From: Gnetum montanum
Lineage: Eukaryota; Plantae; Gnetophyta
Assembly: GCA_015680685.1 (NCBI GenBank)
Contig: MNCI01000651.1
Coordinates: forward strand, 2,170,509 to 2,234,508
Length of the DNA stretch: 64,000 nucleotides
Direction: 5' to 3'
The notes beneath the pieces were generated by a model. That model did no database searches, had not been told where the DNA came from, and saw only the letters and a list, made by a program, of their open reading frames with translations. This document shows, piece by piece, positions 50,641 through 64,000 of the stretch. Positions within the stretch are counted from its first letter, which is position 1; every line of letters starts with the position of its first letter. The position numbers and the translations under genes were made by a program.

Positions 50641-51551
50641 CATTATTTCATCTAAGGGATGTGCTTCGAATTCTCATTATTGTTGTTTTTATTGTGTTTT
50701 AAATTTTTATATTATTGGATAGGAACCACACCATGCAAAGACTTTTAGCTTCCTATTATTGGTTGACAATAGAATAGTGAGAAATCCATGGAAACACTCA
50801 TAAATTCAAGAGGGTAGGTAAGTACAAAGAGCATCAAGTTCCATAGAGCTCACATCCTTACATTGGGATGATGGGTAGAATAGTGAAATGATCTACTCGT
50901 CCAAACATTTTTACATCGAATTTCCTAAAAAAGAACAATGTATGGTTGAAAATTTAGAAGTAAACATGTAGCTTTGAGGTTATGGGTTGATGGGTGTTTT
51001 GGAGAAGTTATTCACTGTTAAATAAAATGCTATTGAGACCTTCTTGGGATACGAAATTAAAGTGCCAAATTATTCCTTTATTGGAGATTGGAAGATAGTA
51101 CAATAGAAAACAAGGAATTATATTATTTACTTGAGAAAGCATTGGTGGAGAACATGATAAAAATATGAATAATACTGAAAACAATCACTGGAAGAGTCCT
51201 AAATTAAAATAAAAATCAAAGGTTTCCAAGGATAAAGCCCCACATTCGAGTTCATCCATAGAAAGAATGCCATCCTGAGTGTGAACATAGACAAAACAGA
51301 TGAATCAGAGTTGTAGATGGTGATAGAAAAAGCTGATGTGTTTCTCAAACAACATGGCCTCACTATAATGGACTATACCAGCAATGTAGACGTAGCAGTG
51401 TAGACGTATCTTGCAGCCCTGGGTGCTATGTCATATTCCTGGAATTTCTGAATCTCAGCCTGCAAAATAAGATAATAAAACCAAAGCAAGCTCACGAGGC
51501 AAAATGGGAACCAATTCCAGAATTGACCAGAGACCCAAGAAACCCATATAA

Positions 51552-51872
51552 AAGCAGAGAGGAAATTCTCAGCCAGAAGCAGGTGCCAGGGGTGTATGCA
51601 GATAATCATCACTAGGGCCGAAATCAAAGCTATGGCCAGAAGTTAGATTCCAGATGTGCTTAGAGCCATCCAAGGCGAGCACATCGTGACCATGAGTATG
51701 GTGATGCGTAGGTTCCACGCTCCCGCCTTCGAATCTCACCATCTTCACGCTCGGCATCACGTCCGCAGGCATGAATTCTCACGATTTGGCCAGAGAACAT
51801 ATCATGCATGCTACCTTTGATTTTTCTGCATCTGCACCATCTACCATTGTTGCACCTGCCAAGCTCTGCTGC
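51552..51872 (+). ncRNA. Candidate structured RNA / MIRNA-like fold-back (strand uncertain)
   Basis: Nested complementary blocks: GCAGGTGC 51579/51852; ATGCAGA 51596/51825; AAATCAAAG 51621/51815; TGGCCAGA 51633/51785; ATCGTGA 51683/51779; ATGGTGA 51698/51736. TATAAAAG at 51547. Confidence 0.35.
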
Positions 51873-54831
51873 TGTTGCTACGTGTAGGAGGTTTATTGAC
51901 TCTTGATGGAGGATTTATTTGTCGCTGCAACATAGTGGTGTTGCATTACGGGGCATATTCTAATCGACCTGGTGCCACTGTGCTCAAAAAATGATGAAAT
52001 TTCAAGTTACGAGACCCTTAGAAAATTTGCAATATTTTTATTTATTGGTATCTAAGAACAATTACCCATCAATAAACTTAGACTTAGATAGAAGTTAGGT
52101 AACTAGCAAGATTAACAACGTTCACAGCACAGGCCTCAAATGCATTATGTAAATGTGCTGCTTATTGGCCTCTTTGCCATAGAATAAACCCTAAATTTTT
52201 TTCCCTCCATGTATGTTTGCTGTTTCACACATTCAATTCATTGCAGACCTTCATTTAATTCATGATAGACCTGCATTTTAATTTGTCACAGATGCAGTTG
52301 TTGAGAATAAAGCATCGAATGCTTTTGTATCTTGAAACCCTAAAATTAAAAAATAAAATCAACGGAAATGTGTCAAAAACATTTCAGTCTGCCCAGAAAA
52401 GTTTCGCCCACCAAGTGACGGTTACTGTTCATGCAAAATGGCGATCCCGTTTCTGGCAAATGAAACTCTATAAATCCTTTGCGTTTCTGGCAAATAGTTT
52501 AAAGCCAATGAAGGTCTGTGAAGCCATGCATAGGTTATCAGCAAGAAACTGGAATCCGATGCAAACCTAACATCGTTTGTGATAAAGAATTCATCAGAAT
52601 ATTGGAACAGACTACAACTACAACTACGGTTACAATGCAATACAAAACAGAATCATAAACATGATGCAAAATACGTCAATGTTTGGTGAAGAGTATGCAT
52701 CCTCCTCATAATCATTCAAAGTTCAAACACACACATGGAAAATTGCGGTCATGGCATGCCACTCAATACAACTGCAACTGTTATTGCTATTTCAGTGCAT
52801 CGATATTCCTATTGCAGTTTCCTCTCAACCTCAAAAAAGCTTGAAAGGCTGCAACCAGTCCATTTTGATCTCAAAATGTCATATTTTGATTATGTCATCA
52901 ACAACGTGAAAGATGGAAATCCGTCGAACCTGACCATCCATGTTTGACTCATATCAAACCTTTGGACGGCGCACGTGGAGGCCAAAAATCAATTGAGACG
53001 TCAAGAGACTGTTACAGTGCGTGTTACTAATGCACCTTTTATCGTTTCTGGGTCAAACCGTCATTTTACAGGCAGCCCCATCTGTGGGCAGAAAATGGTT
53101 GGCTCAGTTCGGTTTAGGTACCATGAAAATTGAGAATATTCCAGAATGGTTCAGGTTCAGCGTATCAGCACAAAGCTGCAGATTGATGGAGAAGCTTAAT
53201 CCTCTGATTATTGTGAACAAATTATGTTAAGGTCGAATTACAGTGACCAAATTATGTTTACGTTTATGGATATTCTGCTAAACGGAATATTTAGCCATTT
53301 TCATACTTAAGCACCATTCCAAATAAGGTAACAAATTAAAAGCAGTGCGCCCAGAGGATGCATATCCGGAAAATTTCCTACCTTCGGGTTGTTCTCGGGA
53401 CACCTTGGCGGATGTGGATGGGACATCAAGTAGAATTTCACGTTAAATTTAAATTGTTCCGGTACTAAAAGCGTAAATCTTAACTAAAAAAAGTTTCTTA
53501 AAAATATAATATGTTGAGAACGATGATGAATGCAGGAAATAAAAAATATAATTAGCTAATTTAAATTTTTTGAACATTTTTACCGTACTTTATTTAAATG
53601 TATCTAAAATATTATTAAATACAGAGGTTTTATTACATAGACTCAAAAGATCTTTTGGACAATAATGAAGTATTAGGGTAATGGTATGGGTCTTGGCCTA
53701 GTAATCCCAGGTCACTAGTTACTAGGTAGCACTAAGTTATAAACTTCTATAAATCTTGGGGTGTACCTATGTTTCACTAATTTCATGTTCCAACACTCTT
53801 CCTATTAGACAACATTAGATTTGTATTTTGAAAATTAAATATCAACTCAACAAAGTTGTTAACATTGGATTTAACCAGAAAAGATCATATAGACCTTTTT
53901 CTTCAATATTGTACTTTTGCTACAAGGACCACAACTTGGAGTAATATTAAGATGCTTATTTCTCAAATTGTAAGACCTAAATATGAACTTAGAGGACATG
54001 CCCCAAAATGCCACATTGACATGAAAGTAACATCTAGCTTTGTTTTAATAAATTTTTACACTTATGTATCTGAAATATTATTAAAATTTATTATTTTAAA
54101 AGATCTCTTCCTCACATCCTAGACCACATTTTCAAAATCCTTGAAAAATTCCAAACTCATCCCAAATCATGTTTTTGGATCCTGATGTACCTACATCTTT
54201 GAAATGTTGTGATGAATAGTATTTTTGTCTTAAATGTTCAATGCAAGGGTAACTAAGAAAAACATTTTGCTAATTCCCAAGATCTTCTGTCCTACATAAC
54301 CTATATGTATGTACTTCTTTAAGAATTTGCATCTACCTTTCACTTTATATTCTTAAATGATGTGAACTCAAATAAAGTTCATAAAATCTCATTGGAAGTA
54401 CAAGTAATAGATAGTGAAATTCTAAAGTTAACTGATTATCTCTTATACATTTCCAATAAAAATTTTTCTTCTCTTCCACATTTGACCATAACTTTGTTAG
54501 AACCTGCAATGAAACCAACTTACAAATGTGCTTTTGATTACTTTGTAGGTTCTCCTACAAGATATCTTAGGTCAACAATTATATTCCTTGAAAATACAAT
54601 CTATGCTCTTTTGTGTCTTCAAGAATTATATTAAAAATTTTGATCTATTATATTCTTACCAATTTTTAAGTATAACCAATCACCTAACAAATAACATTTC
54701 TTTTAGAGGGTGCAAACTACACTCTAACAAAATCATGGAAGAAGGTGTTTAAAATTTTACCTTTAATTTATTAAGTAAAAATGTCATCTATATTCTTCCA
54801 ATGGCCTTTCAATTTTTTACACTAAGGCCTA

Positions 54832-55729
54832 NNNNNNNNNNNNNNNNNNNNNNNNNNNNNNNNNNNNNNNNNNNNNNNNNNNNNNNNNNNNNNNNNNNNN
54901 NNNNNNNNNNNNNNNNNNNNNNNNNNNNNNNNNNNNNNNNNNNNNNNNNNNNNNNNNNNNNNNNNNNNNNNNNNNNNNNNNNNNNNNNNNNNNNNNNNNN
55001 NNNNNNNNNNNNNNNNNNNNNNNNNNNNNNNNNNNNNNNNNNNNNNNNNNNNNNNNNNNNNNNNNNNNNNNNNNNNNNNNNNNNNNNNNNNNNNNNNNNN
55101 NNNNNNNNNNNNNNNNNNNNNNNNNNNNNNNNNNNNNNNNNNNNNNNNNNNNNNNNNNNNNNNNNNNNNNNNNNNNNNNNNNNNNNNNNNNNNNNNNNNN
55201 NNNNNNNNNNNNNNNNNNNNNNNNNNNNNNNNNNNNNNNNNNNNNNNNNNNNNNNNNNNNNNNNNNNNNNNNNNNNNNNNNNNNNNNNNNNNNNNNNNNN
55301 NNNNNNNNNNNNNNNNNNNNNNNNNNNNNNNNNNNNNNNNNNNNNNNNNNNNNNNNNNNNNNNNNNNNNNNNNNNNNNNNNNNNNNNNNNNNNNNNNNNN
55401 NNNNNNNNNNNNNNNNNNNNNNNNNNNNNNNNNNNNNNNNNNNNNNNNNNNNNNNNNNNNNNNNNNNNNNNNNNNNNNNNNNNNNNNNNNNNNNNNNNNN
55501 NNNNNNNNNNNNNNNNNNNNNNNNNNNNNNNNNNNNNNNNNNNNNNNNNNNNNNNNNNNNNNNNNNNNNNNNNNNNNNNNNNNNNNNNNNNNNNNNNNNN
55601 NNNNNNNNNNNNNNNNNNNNNNNNNNNNNNNNNNNNNNNNNNNNNNNNNNNNNNNNNNNNNNNNNNNNNNNNNNNNNNNNNNNNNNNNNNNNNNNNNNNN
55701 NNNNNNNNNNNNNNNNNNNNNNNNNNNNN
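54832..55729. other. Assembly gap (N run)
   Basis: Run of N. Confidence 1.
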
Positions 55730-56619
55730 CTTTGTAAAAATACTACTTGAAACTATCATACAATAGTTATTTAAATTATTTTTTACTTTTTTATAAAGAA
55801 GCATTGTTATACTAATATTCCACAGTTTAGCAACTCCATTGATTACAACAACATTTGATTTTCTAAATTTTTGTATGAATAGATAGTCCTATCTATTTAA
55901 GCAATTCAACATATAACCCCTTTAACTCTATAGCTTTTTTACATGCTAATTTGTTAATGACATCTACACCTTTTTCTAGGGTTAAATGCAAAGAAGATTG
56001 ACAAAAATTGTGATAACAAATATCATCTTACCCTTAAAAAAGATTACTATAGAAATACACAAACATCATTAAATTGATAATTTAGCTAAGTGGAAACTTT
56101 GCATTGGAAAATCCCCTTCCTATTCTATGAAAGAAGGCCTTGGAAATAGGTTGATCAAATTAATTATTATATCACTTCTTTATGAACACTCAATAGATGG
56201 GCAAGCATAGTTAGCTATTGATAAAGTTTTTACACTTTGGCATAAAAGTAATTATTGATTTAATGTAATATTTATAAATATGGTTTGGTTGAAGCATAAT
56301 TATAAATATTCTTGTATTGTTAAGTATTTCTTCTAGTGGTTGAAATTTCATTACATGATTTGCCTACCATTGATCTTTGCGATTATGTTGATGGGGATGC
56401 GCTACCACATGACACACAAAGTTGTGACCAATGGACCTTGAATGATTTTGATGTTATAAATGATTGGCCTCTATGATTGCAATAGTGTAGATGGACTTCC
56501 ATATGGTAGATAGTGTTGTGACAAATAGGTTATTGACATGTCTACCATTGGACTCTATGTTTGCATTAGTGGGGTGGGCTTCCATGGGCTTGGCACTTGC
56601 CTCTTCAATAATTAGTATA

Positions 56620-58390
56620 CAAGTAATCTTTACAAATAAGGCCTTGAATAGCTTTTATGAAAAATCAAGACAAGGAAAAAAATCTATTTATAAATTGGAA
56701 AAAATGAGGAATAAGAAATGCAAGAATATTGATAATGTCAAATGCATCAAGGAAACAAATGAAAGAATTTTGGTAAAAGATAATGAAATTTTGGATAGGT
56801 AGAAAATTTATTTTTAAGAATTATTAAATGAATATTTTCCAAGAAAAGACATCAAAGAAGAAGAACCAAATCTTGGTTTCATTAATGAACTTTCCTTCTC
56901 TAAGGAAAAGATAGCCTTATCAAAGATGAAACATGAAAAAGCTATTAAAACAAATAATATTCCTATAGAAGCTTGAAAAGCATTGGAAGATACAAGAGTT
57001 TTTTGGATGACACAATTATTTAACAAATTTTGAAGGATGGAGAAATGTCCCAAGAATTAGAAAAAAAGCTTTGTTATTCCCATTTACAAAAATAAAGGAG
57101 ATGTAAAAAATTGTGCAAACTATAGAGGGATCAAGCTAAGGATCCATACTATGATGCATTGGGAGAAATTCGTAGTGCAGTGTCTAAGACTTCAACCAAT
57201 AGTATCAAAAAATCAATTTGGATTTATGCCATGGAGATATATTATAGATGAATTTTTTAAACAAAAATTGATGGAGAAATTCAAAAATATAGAAAAAATG
57301 TACATTTGATCTTCATTGACTTGAAAAAAGCATATGACAAAGTGCTTACAGATTTTATTTAGTGGACCTTGTAGAGCGAAAACATCCTTGATAAATATAT
57401 TAAAGTGATTCAAGACATGTATGAAGGAGATGTCACTAAAATTAGAATAGCTTATGGAATGACATCTAATTTTCTAGTAACATTAAGACTATATCTAGGG
57501 TATACACTTCTCTTTTACTTATTTGTCCTTATAATAAATGAATTTAATAAAGAAAATTCAAGATGAAATCCCTTTGTGTATGTTATATGTAAATGGTATT
57601 ATGTTGGTGGATACAGTTTAAGAAAATATTGTTGCTAAAATGGAGAAGTGAAGACATGTTCTAGAATCAAAAGGCTTAAAAATTAGCAAACGTAAGAGAG
57701 AATATATGGTATGCAATTTTAATAACAACATAAATAGTGGTTAAATAGATATGATAATTCAAGGCAAAAAAAAGCCCCTCACTACAAATAGTTTTTCTAC
57801 CTAGGATCAATCCTCTAGCTAGATGGTGAAATTGATAAACATATTAGAAATAGAATTGAAAAAAGATGGTCAAAATGGAGATAAGCTAGTGGTGTTTTAT
57901 ATGATAAAAGAATACTAATAAAATTAAAAGGGAAATTTTCTAGAACAACAATCAAGCCTTCTATCTTATATGGTGCTAAATATTAGATAGTACAAAAGAG
58001 AAATGAACAACAAATTAGTGTGAAATGCAAATGATTCAATGGAAGTTGAATGCTACTAGAAAAGATAAATTACATAATACAAATATTAGAGAAAGACTTG
58101 GACTAGCTTCTATTTTAGATAAGCTACAAGAATATCAACTTAGATGGTTTGGACATGTACAAAGAAGATTAGACAATAAGTATATAAATAAAGGTTGCTA
58201 CATCATTGTTCTAGGAAAGGCATGAAAAGGAAGACAAAAGAAGACATGGGAAAAATGATGAAAGATGATTTGAAGAAGCTACAAATAAATAAGGATCTAG
58301 CTCCTCATAGAGGTAAATGACAACAAAGAACTCATGTAGCCAACCCCATTTTGTTGGGACAAGGCTAGGATGATGATGATGGTGATGATA
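56620..58390 (+). mobile_element. 5'-truncated, decayed RTE-clade LINE
   Basis: KKSIYKLEKMR...VKCIK; KSFVIPIYKNKGDVKNCANYRGIKL; QFGFMP; [10 protein letters not shown]; 3' end GTAGCCAACCCC...GGGACAAGGC followed by a (GAT)n tail typical of plant RTE. Confidence 0.88.
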
Positions 58391-58766
58391 TTAAAATATT
58401 TTATTAATGCATTTAATTTCAACTTTATTTTTAGTTTTTAAATTTTATTCCTCAAGTTAATATTTCTAATTTATGTACATAAATAAATTAAGAAGGACAT
58501 AATTTAAGTAAATTAGGTATTAGATTAAGTTAGGTCATTACACTATATTACTAAGAGTTTGTACTTAAAAGATGGGCCTTGAGTATTAAATGAAGTTAGA
58601 GAAAGCTATTATATCTAAAGCAAGTTGAGCTTAATGTTTTTGTGGGAAACCTAAATGACAACTTTCTTCCTCCTTTAGCTAAGCTTTAATGTTCTCTTTA
58701 GTTGAGTACCTAGAAGCATTAATAGTGGAGAATGAATAATGAATATAACTTTTCATATTACAATGA

Positions 58767-59225
58767 TGATGACCGGCTAGGTATCCCTACGCCCAACCAT
58801 ACGAATACGAGCGTTCACGCACGATCCGGTCAAACTCTATGGATAGGATAGTTGTGGTATCTAGATCATTACACATTGATCGTAGTTCGCTGTCTTCCCA
58901 CCTGGACTAGTATTTTCTTTGTCACATATGGTTTAGTCCAGAGTGAGGCATATGATATGATCCTAAACTAATGCTACTCCTAGAGACAATGGAGAATAAT
59001 ATTGATTAGACTAATGAGTAATAGGAAATGAGTCTAAGCTAGCCTAAGTGCAATGAGTATCCATTCCTTAATCATCCATACACATCTTGGACCTCATGCA
59101 TGACTACTACTAGGATTACTAAGCACAGATCCTAGGTACGCTACTGGGTTGCCAAGTAGTCACACTTAAATGCTCATGATTAAGTCGTACTCACTCCGCA
59201 TTTAATAATAGGAATAGTAAATGAC
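58767..59225 (-). repeat. Partial Athila-like LTR
   Basis: Homologous to 36623-37085. Confidence 0.8.
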
Positions 59226-62200
59226 TTTTTAGTCACTTAAATTACACTGTCAACCAGAAATTACACTTAAGTTAGTCACTTAGTTATCTCTCTCTCCTCC
59301 CTTATTAGCAGCAAGACATAAAAACATAAAAGCTATAATAATCATATGACTCAAGCTTACTTAACCATACAATCGTGACATCCAGGTAAGCTTGGGAAGA
59401 TAATGATCAACCAACCTGTCCTTGTTCCACAAAGGTGTATAGGCACTTAGTCCTTGGAATTCAATCAAATCATGTGTGAAATAATCGTATTCGTATGGTT
59501 GAGCATAGGGATACCTCGCTACTCATCATTAGCACCATTGCCAAGGACTTAGTTGTTTGTTCACTAATTAGAACATAGAAAATCATTCACATCATTGGAA
59601 TGAATCCTTAGGGTTGATTGAGAAAATAATAAACAAGAATACATTGCACACTGAACAGACAAGTATGTCTCCTTCTTCATATGAAAGCGCCTCACCACCT
59701 AGCTCTGAAATAATGAACCAGACTTTACCTTTATCCTATATCAAGATGAACAATTGCATTTGTGAGACTTAGAGGGTAAAATAGTGTTACCTCCCAATTG
59801 TTTAGTCCCAAGCATGCTTCTTCATGCTCTCACATGAATTGGAATGCTGCACTTACATGTAGAACACATTGTGCAAGACCATGATTCAAGAGAATACCAT
59901 TCGACAAAGGCACAACATCAAAGGAACTTGCAACAAGAGAGACATCATAAGTCTTTGAAGGGTAAGCGGTCCCAAGATGCCCCAAATGTCTTAAGCAAAA
60001 ATGAGGGTGGTGAACCTACCTTAGGTAGTCGTTGATACAACGATGTTCCTCCCCTTGACTTTGACGAAGGGGTTGTGTATCAGAACCTTCATTCCACTAT
60101 TAATAACCTAGATTCTGATACCCATGGGCACAAAGGGTCTGAGAAAGGAACACAGACATATGATAAAGGTGGACATTCTGATTGCAATCATGATTGAGGC
60201 TATGACTGTCGAAGAGAAAGTAGCAGACACTGTCATGGTGATGATTCTCCTTCTTCACTTTCATCATATTCTTCATCTTCTCCTTTAGTATTCAGATGTA
60301 GTCATAAAGAAAAAGACCATGTGGATAAACGTAGGTGAAGTGAAAGTCATAGGTAAAATAACCAGGAAAGGGGACGAGGGCACTCTAGAGAGTCATGACA
60401 TAGAAAAAGGGAGAGTAGGGAATAACGTAGACATCATAGATGCCATGGATGAGACAATTATGATGAACCCCTACTCGCTACTCAAAGTATGTTAGACATA
60501 ACTAGGGCTATTAGAATTNNNNNNNNNNNNNNNNNNNNNNNNNNNNNNNNNNNNNNNNNNNNNNNNNNNNNNNNNNNNNNNNNNNNNNNNNNNNNNNNNN
60601 NNNNNNNNNNNNNNNNNNNNNNNNNNNNNNNNNNNNNNNNNNNNNNNNNNNNNNNNNNNNNNNNNNNNNNNNNNNNNNNNNNNNNNNNNNNNNNNNNNNN
60701 NNNNNNNNNNNNNNNNNNNNNNNNNNNNNNNNNNNNNNNNNNNNNNNNNNNNNNNNNNNNNNNNNNNNNNNNNNNNNNNNNNNNNNNNNNNNNNNNNNNN
60801 NNNNNNNNNNNNNNNNNNNNNNNNNNNNNNNNNNNNNNNNNNNNNNNNNNNNNNNNNNNNNNNNNNNNNNNNNNNNNNNNNNNNNNNNNNNNNNNNNNNN
60901 NNNNNNNNNNNNNNNNNNNNNNNNNNNNNNNNNNNNNNNNNNNNNNNNNNNNNNNNNNNNNNNNNNNNNNNNNNNNNNNNNNNNNNNNNNNNNNNNNNNN
61001 NNNNNNNNNNNNNNNNNNNNNNNNNNNNNNNNNNNNNNNNNNNNNNNNNNNNNNNNNNNNNNNNNNNNNNNNNNNNNNNNNNNNNNNNNNNNNNNNNNNN
61101 NNNNNNNNNNNNNNNNNNNNNNNNNNNNNNNNNNNNNNNNNNNNNNNNNNNNNNNNNNNNNNNNNNNNNNNNNNNNNNNNNNNNNNNNNNNNNNNNNNNN
61201 NNNNNNNNNNNNNNNNNNNNNNNNNNNNNNNNNNNNNNNNNNNNNNNNNNNNNNNNNNNNNNNNNNNNNNNNNNNNNNNNNNNNNNNNNNNNNNNNNNNN
61301 NNNNNNNNNNNNNNNNNNNNNNNNNNNNNNNNNNNNNNNNNNNNNNNNNNNNNNNNNNNNNNNNNNNNNNNNNNNNNNNNNNNNNNNNNNCCACCACAAC
61401 TGATTGAGCAATATCAAAAATGGTAGCACCCACAATCATGGAGAATGCCACCACCAAGGCAACATTATCCTTACCAGCAACCTGACCTGTATGAATATTA
61501 CGTGCAGAAGCCAATATCCCCATGTGACTCTATTGGTCACATCACTCGTTAACCTCACTACCAAGCCCATGAGTATTATGGGACTCCCTCTTCTAGACTT
61601 GATATTCCACAAGCATGTCATCCTTCTCATCTAGCTACATCTCTTCCACCAATAGCTTCACTACCCCCTACTTCCATGATGCAAGGTGAAATCCCTACCC
61701 AGCCGTAGCAACATAACACCACAAGGGCTGTTAACTCTCAACCTACTGTTGGTTCCAACAACCACATGAAGAAAAGAATTTTCTTTAGAACCAACAATCC
61801 AAATAAGCTATTGCAATCACAAGAGGTTGATTCCTTAGACACCTTAGTATCAATCGAAACTTCAGAGCCCCCTTCAATCCAATCATCTCACTCAACGCAT
61901 ATGGTCATGCTAACACATGCCATCATTGATTGGATCAAAGTTGGCCACCTTCCCAAGAAATTCTCTAATCCTAAAAGTCCTTTGATATACTTAAAAATTC
62001 TTGGAAATGTGCCATGCAAGGCTCTCTTGGATTCAGATTTTGGTGTCAACTTGATTTCCAACGATATTACGCATTGCTAGATCGTTGTCCAGGCCATGGC
62101 TATGCACAACGGGATCAACTCCGCCACCTTGTAGATGGGCTAAGACATGAAACCAAGAGAACCCTTGGGACATATGCCCAAGGGAGATTATTAGAACTTA

Positions 62201-64000
62201 GGTCCCATGAAGTTCATAGACTATTGGAGAAAGTAGCTAAAGAAGAAGCGGAGCTACGGAAAAGAGAAAGCACGGAAGAGTACAACAACGATCCTTCCCT
62301 CCAAAAGAAGGGAGTGAGATTCTATGATGAAGAGGATAAGTCACCACTCAAAGAGTTGGTGAATAGAAAAACCTTGCTACTTCAGAAGCTAACAACAGAA
62401 GTGGAAGCTAAGGTTGATGACATATAGGACTCCTTAGATAGTAGACTTGAACTTGTCCTGAAAATCGTAGAGGAGTCTAAGGAGGAATGAAGTAGTGACT
62501 ATGACAAGAAAAAGTGGAGAGATTCAGGCCATGCACATGACAAGGGTAAGGGAAAAATGACTACCACCGATGAGGTTGTGGATTTTGAAATGGACAATGA
62601 TGGTGGATGTGAGATCTGCCAATATGACCATCCTAAGGGATGTTGCCCAATAATCTCACATTTGCAAGAGTCCAGGGTGTATGCACTCAACCTAAGACTT
62701 AACAGATGGAAAGCACCCCGAAGGTTACCTTATCCCCAAGGTAACCCAAGGCAATTCCACCAACTGTTAACATATTATCCAAGTGGAACTCCACCACAAC
62801 CTATCGGGCAACACCAGCAATGAAAATACCCACAATCATGGGGGATGCCACCGTCTAGGCAACAATACCCTTATCGGCAATTAGACCTGTATGGCTACTA
62901 TGTGCAGCAGCCAATTTCTCCAAGTGACTTTATAGATCACACAACCCCACAACCTCACTACCAAGTTTAGGAGTATTTTATAAGGACTCCTTCTCCTTCG
63001 GGAGATGCATCACATACATACCATCCTCCAAATCCATCTACCTCTCTTACGCCAATAGTTCCACTACCTCCTGCTCCAACAATGCAAGGGAAACTCCCAA
63101 CTTAACCACAGCAACGTAATGCTACAAGAGTTGTAAACCTTCAACTCGCTGCTGGTTTTGGCAACTGTAAGAAGAGAAGACCTTTCTTCAAAACCAAAAG
63201 CCTAGACAAGCTCTCACAACCACAAGCGGTTGAGTCTATGTACGCTCCTCCAACAATTAAGGCTTCGGAGCTCCTTTCAAACCAACAACATAGCTTAATT
63301 AACACAGTTATGTTAACACATACCGTTACCGACTGGATCAAGGTAGGTCACCTTCCTAGGAAATTCTCTGACCCTGGAGGTCCCTTAATCTACCTCCAAG
63401 TCATTGGGAATGAACTTCATAAGGCTCTTCTTGACTCAGGTTCTAGAGTCAACTTAATCTCACAAGAAATGTATAAAGCCTGGAACCTACCTTCACTTAA
63501 GATGAGCAATATTCAAGTAGAGTTGGCTGACTAGTCCATCACCATTCCCTTGGGATTGGTGGAGGACATCATTATCACTATGTGTGGTTGGTCATACCTA
63601 GTTGATTTCCTAGTGATAGAAGTCAACAGCAACAAAGTGGACTTCTCAATTATAATGGGAAGAGTATGGCTAAGTACAATATATGCATGCCTAGGAACCC
63701 ATGATCTTTCCTTGGAAATATCTAAGATAAAAATTTATGGAAAGATTGAGAAGAAGAAAGTTTCATGTATCACATATAGTGACTCAGAGGGTGATGACAT
63801 GGAGGAATGCTCAACATCTCCTACATGCAACTGGTGTGCCCTAGAAACTTAGATACGAAGGTGCCTGTATGTAGCAACCACATAACAAGCGGACACCCCA
63901 TGATTGATAGCTAATCGAAAGAGCAACCCACCATCATGCTTGGAAAAAATGGGAGAACAACTCATGCCCATAACAAAAGCATAGATACATTGGAATATGA
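59226..64000 (+). mobile_element. Athila-like element(s): LTR 3' part ending 59528, decayed PBS 59530-59547, gag (across the gap) and protease, with a duplicated gag-PR segment; runs off the window
   Basis: CTCATCA then TAGCACCATTGCCAAGGA; Arg/Ser-rich gag leader like 34756-34400; LPRKFSDPGGPLIYL...ALLDSGSRVNLIS and IIMGRVWL (protease). Confidence 0.82.
60519..61390. other. Assembly gap (N run)
   Basis: Run of N. Confidence 1.

Noticed and set aside
51560-51610. TPP riboswitch (CCAGGGGTG and CTGAGA words)
   Set aside because: The two words are on opposite strands and the rest of the aptamer core is missing.
52180-52345. Telomerase RNA template or telomeric repeat (AAACCCTAA twice)
   Set aside because: Isolated telo-box-like words, with no USE/TATA Pol III promoter or array.
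54801-55804. Long ORFs of >300 aa here and at 60482-61523
   Set aside because: Artefacts of N runs.
53700-56350. Old DNA-transposon or LINE coding relic around the first gap
   Set aside because: It looks like decayed coding DNA, but no diagnostic motif could be read.

Overview
Plant nuclear DNA (species not identifiable from the sequence), almost entirely nested, decayed retrotransposons with two assembly gaps. From left to right: (1) a possible host gene start running off the left edge; (2) a complete chromodomain-bearing Ty3/gypsy element (1222-7798, TSD TTAGA, Galadriel-like); (3) two diverged copies of a short-LTR, copia-derived non-autonomous element (7930-10146 and 28340-31143); (4) a ~17 kb Tat/Ogre-type Ty3/gypsy element with an extra archaeal-type RNase H (10147-27505); (5) a cluster of Athila-like elements and LTRs in both orientations, two copia relics and an RTE LINE; (6) a CpG-rich, non-TE-like island near 51.3-53.5 kb that holds a long fold-back. 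The most striking observation is inside the Tat element. Protease and RT are separated by ~5.3 kb that contains what reads as an antisense gene with its own TATA box and at least six GT-AG introns. It is bracketed by tandem-repeat arrays, and several of its introns carry the same GCTAC/GTAGC palindromic motif that is arrayed in the element's LTRs. All calls are from manual reading and motif recognition; no alignments or database searches were run.
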